Positions 1 through 9,800 of a stretch of DNA of 32,373 nucleotides are shown piece by piece (position 1 is the stretch's first letter; every line of letters starts with the position of its first letter). The stretch comes from Octopus bimaculoides (lineage: Eukaryota). The notes beneath the pieces were generated by a model. The model made no database searches and was not told where the DNA came from. It was given only the letters and a program-made list of their open reading frames with translations. The position numbers and the translations under genes are program-made. The stretch lies in contig NC_068982.1 in the NCBI RefSeq assembly GCF_001194135.2, positions 124,706,998 to 124,739,370 on the forward strand, read 5' to 3'.

Positions 1-52
1 AGAAGATATAAGGTTTGCCAGATTTGTCTCTCTCACCAAGGTCATCAGCTGT

Positions 53-97
53 CGAACGCCGACGAAGGGAAATAACCCTGAAATCCGGATACGTTCG
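53..97 (+). ncRNA. Minimal type I hammerhead ribozyme motif (HHR-1), core point mutation U4C
   Basis: Stem I CGAACG(53-58)/CGTTCG(92-97), perfect 6 bp. Core CCGACGA(59-65) versus consensus CUGANGA. Stem II AGGG/CCCT with loop AAATAA. GAAA(80-83), palindromic TCCGGA(84-89), then UA cleavage site (90-91). Confidence 0.7.
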
Positions 98-299
98 TGC
101 TGCTGGCCGAGGTGAGAGGGATAACTCCCTTGGCAAACAGGACACAGTCGTGTGTCGATAAGCCAGCTGGAGGAGATGTCCTCCTGGGGCTAAAAGCAAC
201 AGTAACATCCACCCCTAGGGGTCAGCCACACTTAAGTGGCAATATACTACACTTTATCGTGCAGTTACTGTTAATACTTCATATAGAGAATTAACATTG

Positions 300-301
<2 letters not shown>

Positions 302-332
<31 letters not shown>
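302..332. repeat. (TA)n microsatellite
   Basis: Directly visible. Confidence 0.95.
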
Positions 333-336
<4 letters not shown>

Positions 337-967
337 CAAAAACATAGACTTCAGATAGATATTGCATTTAAGATAATATGAATGCTACTACTGACTCTAA
401 ATATTTATCTGGTATCTCTATGTTCATAACTTACCCCTTTTGTCGTTCGTTCTCTTATACTCTCTCTTCCTTTCTCTGTCATCCAGCCTCTTCTCTTCAC
501 GTTGCCTTCGCCTCCTCCTCATAACTACTACTACTAATATTACTACTACAAGCGTCAGTATTATTATTCTTCGACAGAAACGCCGAATAAAATGCCTTTG
601 AGAATTTACTTTCGTCTCTCCAAAATGTTTATGTTTAAATCCCAAACGGAGTAATAAACTAAGATTAAATCAACTGTACCCAACCCCTAAAAGATGTTGA
701 CTTTATATGAAATGGAATCCTTATTATTTAGAGCGGAAGTGTCCACGCAATTGGGACCTTGGATTTTTTTTTTTTTTTTTTTTCATTTTCGTTTTAATAC
801 AAGTTCGCTTCACTTAGATTAGTAATGTCCTTTCGAAAAGCATAAATGTTACTGTGCCCAATTTCCCGATTTCTAAACCGTAGTTTTCTTTACCGAGGCA
901 AAATGCACCAATTATCATTATTTCGGAGACGAGTTCAAATCCCGTCGAGGTCAACTTTACCTTTCAT

Positions 968-1325
968 TTTTTTTTTACTTGTTTCAGTCATTTGTCTGTG
1001 GTCTTGCTGGGACACCGCCTTGAAGGGTTTTGGTCGAACAAATCGACCCCTGGGCTAATTGCTTTTTTTGTTTTTGTTTTTAAAGCCTAATACTTATTCT
1101 ATAGGTCGCTTTTGTCGAGCCGCTAGATTGTTACGGGGAATTAAACACACCAACACCGGTTGTCAAGTGGTGGTGGCGGACAAACACAAACACAAAGACA
1201 CACTGTGCGGTAAGAAACTTGCTTCCCAATCACATGGTTCTAGGTTCAGTCCCACTGCGTGGCACCTTGGGCAAGTGTCTTCTACTATAACCTCGGGCCA
1301 ACCAAAGCCTTATGAGTGGGTTCCA
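968..1325. mobile_element. SINE family B copy in two opposed halves (3' half on -, 968-1202; 5' half on +, 1204-1325)
   Basis: Both halves match the full copy at 23806-24215: head GGTAAGAAACTTGCTTCCCAATCACATGG...GGTTCAGTCCCAC and tail CAGTCATTTG...CACCGCCTT. Confidence 0.75.
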
Positions 1326-1480
1326 TGTGGTCACTTACGCACTTGGAATTTTTAAGAAATCGACCACAACTGAGAATAGGCGGCTGGACGTGACAGCGGG
1401 TGGATGTGTTCTTCGCTGCTCTGACCTGTCATCAGCTGAAGACACAGAAACACTAATACAACCCAGCAGGACAACTGAAA

Positions 1481-1514
<34 letters not shown>
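1481..1514. repeat. (ATT)n microsatellite
   Basis: Directly visible. Confidence 0.95.
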
Positions 1515-1515
<1 letters not shown>

Positions 1516-1688
1516 GAAGTATTATTACTGGTTCAGGTTCGGTCTTATTCCTGGTAGTTTTTATGTGGGTAGCAGGTTACTACCTGTATGTAACCTTAAG
1601 TATCCACAAGTTTTCAGCAGTCCTTCAAGTGCTTAGAACTTGCTCTTCCCACCACTCAGATTTGCTGACCTTGTGCCTAAAATCACTC

Positions 1689-1902
1689 TTTTCTACTCTA
1701 GGCACAAGGCCCAACATTTTTCGGGAGGGGGTGCAGTTGATAAGATCAACCCCAGTACGCAACTGGTACTAAATTTATCGACCGCGAAAGGATGAAAGGC
1801 AAAGTCGACCTCGGCGGAATTTGAAGTCAGAACGTAAAGACAGACGAAATACCGCTAAGCATTTCGCCCGGCGTGCTAACGTTTCCGCCAGCTCGCTGTC
1901 TT
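1689..1902 (-). mobile_element. tRNA-headed SINE family A, full copy
   Basis: Reverse complement has A-box-like AGCTGGCGGAAACGTTAG and B-box-like GACTTCAAATTCC. Nearly identical to 21788-21984 and 24232-24437. Confidence 0.9.
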
Positions 1903-1919
1903 TGACTCACACTTTACTC

Positions 1920-2052
1920 TATCGACCTCAAAAAGGATGAAAGGCAAAGATGACCTTAGCAGAATTTGAACTCTGAACGCAAAGTCAGAACAAATATCGC
2001 AAAGTATTCTGTCGGGTCGGATAGTCTAGCGATTTTGCCTGCTCGCCGCCTT
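1920..2052 (-). mobile_element. SINE family A, older partial copy
   Basis: Diverged match to the family A 5' half (GAATTTGAACTC...GCTCGCCGCCTT). Confidence 0.75.
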
Positions 2053-2790
2053 CAATATATATGTCGAATAATGGAATCCACTGTGGTGAATAACTCTAAA
2101 ACTTATGAAAAATCACAGAAGCCCAACTCCGTATCCTTTTTCAATAACGAGTGAAAACTTGTATACATCACGTAATAGCAAATTCAAAACTGAAATAGGT
2201 AAAGATAAATAAATAAATAAAATTCATTAAATTCATCTAATGTAAAATTAACACGGCAAAGGGACGTAACTAAATACCGCAAAGAATATATTGCGTCTTA
2301 TTTTTCTAGAAATCAAATAAAAGTGATACGCAGAATCATATAGGCTTTCAGCTTTTGTCATAATTGTTCTTGTATCTATTCAAAATTTTGGCAGTTCTAT
2401 TTACATTTAAGGCATGATGCAACTTTTCTAATTCGTTGCCTTCAATGTTTAGTTAAATGTTTGCTTGTTCTGCTAATTGGCTTAATTTTTCAGAGCTGTT
2501 TACGCTAATTGTTAAATCCTCTCAAGTATTATATATTTTTATCTCACAGCAGTCACAGTTTCGAATTGAAAATGTCCATTACTTGAGGTGTAAGTATTAT
2601 TCATCATAATTATTATCGTCATAATCATCATTATCATTTCTAAGCTACAATAAACATTGACAAGCGTACTTCCAACCACAAACACACACACATTTATGTA
2701 CGTATATGGAAATGTGTGCGTATGTGTGTGTGTGTATATATCTATCAGACGTGCGAGCAACGAGCTTTTACTATCACTCGTTTGTCCATA

Positions 2791-2828
2791 TATCCTGAAG
2801 AAGGGTCATAACCCTGAAATATAAGGTA
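2791..2828 (+). ncRNA. Degenerate minimal type I hammerhead motif (HHR-2)
   Basis: TATC-CTGAAGA-AGGG-TCATAA-CCCT-GAAA-TATA-A-GGTA. Core and stem II are intact. Stem I is TATC/GGTA with one G-U pair. The UH site looks one nucleotide short. Confidence 0.55.
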
Positions 2829-2918
2829 AAACTTCAACTTACACCAGCTTTTTTATGTAGTTTACATTATATCTCATCTCGCATTGTTCCAGCCTAGCCC
2901 AACAAGTTTATATATATA

Positions 2919-3781
2919 CTAGCAGAAATATCCAGCGTTGCCTGGATTAAAGAAAATAATGAAATTCGAAAATGCCTTTTAGATCTCTAACATGACACAT
3001 GGATTATGCAATTCTCAACAGTAATTAGCTGAGGTACAAACTATTAATGTCAATAACATATTTTGTCCAATGTTCTCACTGTTAAAATTGTTTAAAAAAA
3101 ACAGGTAGTCCTTTGTCTTTGCAACCACCTTCAATTGTCAGTACTTATTTGAAACACGTTGAACCTGAAAATGCATAAACTTGAGAAGAACCAGCCTGCA
3201 GGCACTCCTCTCCTGTTAAAAAGTACATCAACTCCATGCAAAATACATGTAAATGAGCATTCATTATAACGGCATTCCCACATGCATTCTTTTCAAGTTA
3301 TTTCGATGTTACACTCGCTTGCCCTAAGCCTTATTGCACGCAAATGGAGAAAACGTTCACTGCGTATATATCGATCGCTGTACGCCAGCGTCTAACAGCT
3401 TTGGCTTTTTAATGCACAAAAAATTGAAATTATTTTTTGTCTGTGCCTCTGATTAAAATTTTCGAAAAACAAACCCAGCCACATTACTTGGAAAAAAATA
3501 ATCTTTATTGTGCTGGTTTTTCGTAAAATTTCACGCATGGGAAAGGCAACAAAATCGCCCCTCCCCACTTTGAATGGGATATTCCTATCTTAAAAAGTAA
3601 TAATCGATTATCTCAGTAACCATGGGAGTTGGAGGGCAATAAAAATCTCCTGAACATGAGCGGACCATGCTGCCGTTCTGTGCTGAATTTCACGCGATTC
3701 CACTGCACCGTTCTCGAGTGAATCTGCCGACACTCAATCAATCAATCAAGCAATCAAGAATACTGCAATTTATAGTATAGA
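2919..3781 (-). mobile_element. Complete non-autonomous Helitron (863 bp)
   Basis: Minus strand starts TCTATACTATAA after an A. It ends with hairpin ATCCAG-GCAACG-CTGGAT, 7 nt, CTAG, then T, so it sits in an A|T site with no TSD. Internal (TTGA)n tract. Weak relic of a PIF1-type helicase C-terminus on - near 3180-3340 (FACNKA*G, compare FAMTINKAQG). Confidence 0.85.
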
Positions 3782-3933
3782 TATGTGTGTGTGTGTGTGT
3801 GTGTTAATCGAAGTGTACAGTATTATATATCCATTACAGCCGATCTTGCCTATCGGTTTAGCGCTACAGGTTCAAAGGAGTATTAGGTAACAACCCAATT
3901 ATGTAACCCGGCACTATATATATATATATATAA

Positions 3934-4294
3934 AAGCAAAGTAGCTAGTTGTAAACGCTCGAGAAGAGATGAAAGTAGTAACTATTCTAACAAGTAAAGT
4001 TAATCGTCACATCAAAGTGGCTGTTCCATGTTACTACTAGTTTAACTCCAGGCAGTTATTGGTGCAGCCCTGCAACCTGTACATGTATATTGCTAGCAGG
4101 GGAGTAAACCTCTACCATCCTCCAGCAGACGATAGGATCGCGAGACTGACTCAGTTTCGAGCTAGTTTGCTCGTCTTCAGACGCGAACACCCGGTCGTCA
4201 GAGAGATGCTTAGAGTCCACTCCAGCCGGCAATATATTGTAAACAAAGCAGCCATCGGTCACTGAATTGCAACAAGCAATGTAGCTAGTCGTAA
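3934..4294 (-). mobile_element. 340-bp hammerhead-containing unit with terminal direct repeats (retrozyme-like or Penelope pLTR-derived)
   Basis: AAGCAAAGTAGCTAGTTGTAA(3934-3954) recurs as AAGCAATGTAGCTAGTCGTAA(4274-4294): 19/21 identical, offset exactly 340. Contains HHR-3 and is bracketed by (TA)n tracts. Confidence 0.55.
4138..4186 (-). ncRNA. Type I hammerhead ribozyme motif with intact core (HHR-3)
   Basis: Minus strand reads TCGCGT-CTGAAGA-C-GAGC-AAACTA-GCTC-GAAA-CTGAGTCAG-TC-TCGCGA. It has the full CUGANGA/GAAA/UH core, a 4-bp stem II, a near-palindromic stem III and a 5-bp stem I with a mismatch at the first pair. Predicted cleavage is between 4144 and 4143. Confidence 0.75.
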
Positions 4295-4378
4295 TATCTC
4301 AAGTATATATATATATATATATATATATGAAAAAAAGACAAGATAGAAAATGCTAAAATACTGTTATAAAAAGCATTT

Positions 4379-4414
4379 CAGTACCGGTTTCGATCCTTGA
4401 GATCTTTTCAACTG
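4379..4414 (-). ncRNA. Minimal type I hammerhead motif with U3-A8 compensatory core (HHR-4)
   Basis: Minus strand reads CAG-TTGAAAA-GATC-TCAAG-GATC-GAAA-CCGG-TA-CTG. Stems I, II and the palindromic stem III are all present. The core has paired C3U and G8A changes. Confidence 0.65.
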
Positions 4415-5465
4415 TAAATATGGATAACAAATTTTGGAAAAATTAAATTTTGGCAAATTTAAATGAAAAGTCTAGTTAAAAAACATATTTGTATAGTATT
4501 TAAATACCAGTGGCATTTTTCTTGTTTCTGTCTGTCTCTGTTTAACTTGTTAATTCTTGTGGGTTCGAGGTCGTTGTGAATTCTTGGCTAAGAAGAAGAA
4601 GAAGAAGAAGTGGGAGTGCTATGATAGTAGCAGAGTGTTAATTGTTTAAGTGTCCTGAAAATGACCTGTTGTTGACGGGAGTGGTGATCTGATTTCTTGA
4701 GAAATCCCATGTACGGCTTTTGAATGTTGTTTTCACTGTCCATTTTTTCCTGTCTTGGTTTGTGTTTGCCACCTTGGAATCCTCTGTGTAGTTGGTTGAT
4801 CCACTACTCAGGAAGAGACTATTCTAGAGTACGTCCTGTCTGGTCTTCGAAACGTCTAGATAGAATAGAGACAGCTGATGAAGGGATATTCCAAGGGGCT
4901 TTCCGTTTTCCTATGTGTTCGTTCCGTTGTCTGTAGTTTATTGTTCTAACGTCCTGTACCCTGATATGCATGTATATACACATGTAGATGTAAGTATGTA
5001 CATATATGTGTGTATACATGTATATATATTCTTTGTATTATATATNNNNNNNNNNNNNNNNNNNNNNNNNNNNNNNNNNNNNNNNNNNNNNNNNNNNNNN
5101 NNNNNNNNNNNNNNNNNNNNNNNNNNNNNNNNNNNNNNNNNNNNNNNNNNNNNNNNNNNNNNNNNNNNNNNNNNNNNNNNNNNNNNNNNNNNNNNNNNNN
5201 NNNNNNNNNNNNNNNNNNNNNNNNNNNNNNNNNNNNNNNNNNNNNNNNNNNNNNNNNNNNNNNNNNNNNNNNNNNNNNNNNNNNNNNNNNNNNNNNNNNN
5301 NNNNNNNNNNNNNNNNNNNNNNNNNNNNNNNNNNNNNNNNNNNNNNNNNNNNNNNNNNNNNNNNNNNNNNNNNNNNNNNNNNNNNNNNNNNNNNNNNNNN
5401 NNNNNNNNNNNNNNNNNNNNNNNNNNNNNNNNNNNNNNNNNNNNNNNNNNNNNNNNNNNNNNNNN

Positions 5466-5523
<58 letters not shown>

Positions 5524-5629
5524 GATATATAGATAGATATACAATATTCTTTATCCATATGCGTGTGTGCGTGCGTCCTTACATACATAGGGGAGGAGAA
5601 AGAGAAAGTTTGAGAAGGAAAGTAAGAAG

Positions 5630-5660
<31 letters not shown>

Positions 5661-6785
5661 TGAGAAAAGAAAGATATGTCTAAAAGATTTTAAAGTGTTT
5701 CTTGCTTGGCCTATTTTGTCACAGTATCTGCAGTGGGATAGGAAATACATACACGACATAGGAAAATTGTTTGCGTTGTAATCGTAAAAATGATGAGTAC
5801 CGCTTTTAACTTATGTAAACATTACATGCAAAACATTTGTGACATTGCGATAACCCCCCCCCCNNNNNNNNNNNNNNNNNNNNNNNNNNNNNNNNNNNNN
5901 NNNNNNNNNNNNNNNNNNNNNNNNNNNNNNNNNNNNNNNNNNNNNNNNNNNNNNNNNNNNNNNNNNNNNNNNNNNNNNNNNNNNNNNNNNNNNNNNNNNN
6001 NNNNNNNNNNNNNNNNNNNNNNNNNNNNNNNNNNNNNNNNNNNNNNNNNNNNNNNNNNNNNNNNNNNNNNNNNNNNNNNNNNNNNNNNNNNNNNNNNNNN
6101 NNNNNNNNNNNNNNNNNNNNNNNNNNNNNNNNNNNNNNNNNNNNNNNNNNNNNNNNNNNNNNNNNNNNNNNNNNNNNNNNNNNNNNNNNNNNNNNNNNNN
6201 NNNNNNNNNNNNNNNNNNNNNNNNNNNNNNNNNNNNNNNNNNNNNNNNNNNNNNNNNNNNNNNNNNNNNNNNNNNNNNNNNNNNNNNNNNNNNNNNNNNN
6301 NNNNNNNNNNNNNNNNNNNNNNNNNNNNNNNNNNNNNNNNNNNNNNNNNNNNNNNNNNNNNNNNNNNNNNNNNNNNNNNNNNNNNNNNNNNNNNNNNNNN
6401 NNNNNNNNNNNNNNNNNNNNNNNNNNNNNNNNNNNNNNNNNNNNNNNNNNNNNNNNNNNNNNNNNNNNNNNNNNNNNNNNNNNNNNNNNNNNNNNNNNNN
6501 NNNNNNNNNNNNNNNNNNNNNNNNNNNNNNNNNNNNNNNNNNNNNNNNNNNNNNNNNNNNNNNNNNNNNNNNNNNNNNNNNNNNNNNNNNNNNNNNNNNN
6601 NNNNNNNNNNNNNNNNNNNNNNNNNNNNNNNNNNNNNNNNNNNNNNNNNNNNNNNNNNNNNNNNNNNNNNNNNNNNNNNNNNNNNNNNNNNNNNNNNNNN
6701 NNNNNNNNNNNNNNNNNNNNNNNNNNNNNNNNNNNNNNNNNNNNNNNNNNNNNNNNNNNNNNNNNNNNNNNNNNNNNNNNNNNNN

Positions 6786-6824
<39 letters not shown>

Positions 6825-6971
6825 TACACACAAACAAACAATCAGGCGCACACATACACACATAACCACACATACACACGCAGGCACGCGTGCGCGCGTG
6901 CACGGACACAGAGTTGTGAACAAACAGAAATTTGAGTATTTTAGAAACTTATACACTTATACAGAGAAGGT

Positions 6972-7105
6972 TGGTTGGACGGACGGATGGATGGACGGAC
7001 AGACGGATGGATGGACGGACGGATGGATGGACGGACGGATGGATGGCTAGTTGGATAGGTAGAAGTATTGATGGATACATGAATAGATAGAAGGATGAAT
7101 GGATG
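6972..7105. repeat. (GGAT/GGAC)n compound microsatellite
   Basis: Directly visible. Confidence 0.9.
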
Positions 7106-7129
7106 GATCTCTCTCTGTCGGTCTCACGG

Positions 7130-7310
7130 TCTCAAAGATAAGGATTCACTGCCCGATCCACGGAATTATCTATTCCTTAATTTAGCGTTTCAGTGGCTGA
7201 GTATCTCACGGACATGTATACCGTTAACATAATTCTCAGTCAGGTAGAATCAGTGTGACACAGTGTTTGTCAAGGCTGTATTATTTGAATCCCAAATACA
7301 ACCAACCCAT
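7130..7310 (-). mobile_element. Degenerate SINE family C fragment
   Basis: Matches 12870-13246 (GTGGCTGAGTATCTCACGGACATGTATACC...GTGTGACACAG...CAAGGCTG). Confidence 0.55.
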
Positions 7311-7669
7311 CAAGCTTCTATACAGTCTCCGTCTGTTCAAGTTCGCTCACAAGAAAACTGGGTAGAAGCGCATCAAATGAATTGTATCTGGAAATCAAAG
7401 GTTCATCCTTGTCACACTGTCATGTAGAATCCACATGAAGATCACTTTAACATTTAAACTAACCATATTAGGCCCAGATATACTACTTGGTCATGATTGG
7501 ATATATTTTGACCGAAATCCGCTTATACGTAGGTGTAATAAGACTGAATGGTCAAGAATTTCGCTTTGCAACCAAAAGGCTCGGGTTTGATTCGACTATG
7601 TTGTATCTTGGGAAAAAAATTAAATTTTTGAAGGCTCGAGTTGATCCATACGTGTAGCCGAAAATTGTA

Positions 7670-7860
7670 TATAAAGCAGTCGGTTGGGTTGTACGTGTAA
7701 TTCAAAAAGCAGGGCTCGTCATATACAGGGCGTCACCCTGGATCCACCTACTAATTACGTTAAGAAGACACGTGTCTGAGGTATACTCAGACTCTTATAA
7801 GTCAATTCATAAGCAGGTAAATTGAATAACTGTATTTTCATCATCAAACCATGAAGATCC
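7670..7860 (+). mobile_element. Degenerate SINE family C fragment, inverted relative to 7130-7310
   Basis: GGTTGGGTTGTACGTGTAATTCAAA...TTACGTTAAG..ACACGTGTCTG..TACTCAG aligns with the reverse complement of 7190-7308. Confidence 0.5.
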
Positions 7861-8054
7861 GCCACCGTATCCCAAGTGATAAACTATAAATTTTCTACAG
7901 AATTCTGAACTCTGTAAATCTATAGTTTATACTTAAAAATGAGAATATCGCACTGTTAACACAAAATGTAAGGCACAATATTGCTTTATAAACCTTTAAT
8001 ACATTTGGTAGTATATTATGGTTGCAAAAAGGAATACTGTGTTCTTGCTAGTAA

Positions 8055-8094
<40 letters not shown>

Positions 8095-9314
8095 NNNNNN
8101 NNNNNNNNNNNNNNNNNNNNNNNNNNNNNNNNNNNNNNNNNNNNNNNNNNNNNNNNNNNNNNNNNNNNNNNNNNNNNNNNNNNNNNNNNNNNNNNNNNNN
8201 NNNNNNNNNNNNNNNNNNNNNNNNNNNNNNNNNNNNNNNNNNNNNNNNNNNNNNNNNNNNNNNNNNNNNNNNNNNNNNNNNNNNNNNNNNNNNNNNNNNN
8301 NNNNNNNNNNNNNNNNNNNNNNNNNNNNNNNNNNNNNNNNNNNNNNNNNNNNNNNNNNNNNNNNNNNNNNNNNNNNNNNNNNNNNNNNNNNNNNNNNNNN
8401 NNNNNNNNNNNNNNNNNNNNNNNNNNNNNNNNNNNNNNNNNNNNNNNNNNNNNNNNNNNNNNNNNNNNNNNNNNNNNNNNNNNNNNNNNNNNNNNNNNNN
8501 NNNNNNNNNNNNNNNNNNNNNNNNNNNNNNNNNNNNNNNNNNNNNNNNNNNNNNNNNNNNNNNNNNNNNNNNNNNNNNNNNNNNNNNNNNNNNNNNNNNN
8601 NNNNNNNNNNNNNNNNNNNNNNNNNNNNNNNNNNNNNNNNNNNNNNNNNNNNNNNNNNNNNNNNNNNNNNNNNNNNNNNNNNNNNNNNNNNNNNNNNNNN
8701 NNNNNNNNNNNNNNNNNNNNNNNNNNNNNNNNNNNNNNNNNNNNNNNNNNNNNNNNNNNNNNNNNNNNNNNNNNNNNNNNNNNNNNNNNNNNNNNNNNNN
8801 NNNNNNNNNNNNNNNNNNNNNNNNNNNNNNNNNNNNNNNNNNNNNNNNNNNNNNNNNNNNNNNNNNNNNNNNNNNNNNNNNNNNNNNNNNNNNNNNNNNN
8901 NNNNNNNNNNNNNNNNNNNNNNNNNNNNNNNNNNNNNNNNNNNNNNNNNNNNNNNNNNNNNNNNNNNNNNNNNNNNNNNNNNNNNNNNNNNNNNNNNNNN
9001 NNNNNNNNNNNNNNNNNNNNNNNNNNNNNNNNNNNNNNNNNNNNNNNNNNNNNNNNNNNNNNNNNNNNNNNNNNNNNNNNNNNNNNNNNNNATATATAAA
9101 GACATGAGGCTGACTTATGATCTAAACGAATAGGTACGTTGGGTAAGTGCTATAGTTAGTTGACCATTAGGTTCTAAGATCACAGCTAAGGCTGGATCTG
9201 GGGATCCGTGTTAAGGTTCCGTATATATTGTATTAAAGGAAAAATCAAAACCAAGGCCGAACGAGTATCTCAAGTCATTTAGAATAATTTAATTAGGCTA
9301 AGGTGAATTTGAAG

Positions 9315-9388
9315 TCTTACAGCTGTTTCTGGGATAACCCAAGTGGTCGATTAGTATATCCGTGCGGTGGGTATTTCGCCATCAGAGA
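9315..9388 (-). ncRNA. Degenerate hammerhead motif with long stem II insert (HHR-5)
   Basis: Minus strand reads TCT-CTGATGG-[49 nt, poorly paired]-GAAA-CAGCTG-TA-AGA. It has a 3-bp stem I, a palindromic stem III and an A9G core change. Confidence 0.45.
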
Positions 9389-9454
9389 AAAGATATGAAT
9401 ATTTTAGACTGGGAAAATTTACAGTTTACAAGGAATAAACTGTAAATTTTCCAC

Positions 9455-9459
9455 GTATG

Positions 9460-9491
<32 letters not shown>

Positions 9492-9800
9492 TGTATGTAT
9501 GTATGCATGCATGTATGTATGTGTGATTGTCCGTGTATGTGTGTATGTATGTATGTCTGTGTGTGTATATCTGTTTGTATGTGTGTATGTACACACACAC
9601 ATACACACACACACACACACAAGAACACACACATATTCGTACTCTTGTTTTAAAAGTTTTATTCATTAATATGTTCTAAAGAGTATTACATAATTCCCTT
9701 CTTACATGTATGTATGTATGTATGCATGCATGCATGCATGTATGTATGTATGTATGTATGCATGCATGTAAGTATGTATGTATGTATGTATGTATGTATA
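9455..9800. repeat. (TATG)n / (TGCA)n / (CA)n compound microsatellite block
   Basis: Directly visible; source of several spurious ORFs. Confidence 0.9.

Noticed and set aside
1428-1456. CTGAAGA-CACA-GAAA-CAC-TA
   Set aside because: There is no stem II and no stem I pairing.
4840-4895. GAAACGTC followed by CTGATGA-AGGG as a sixth or permuted hammerhead
   Set aside because: No GAAA follows the core, and stem II pairing for a type II arrangement is poor. At most a rearranged relic.
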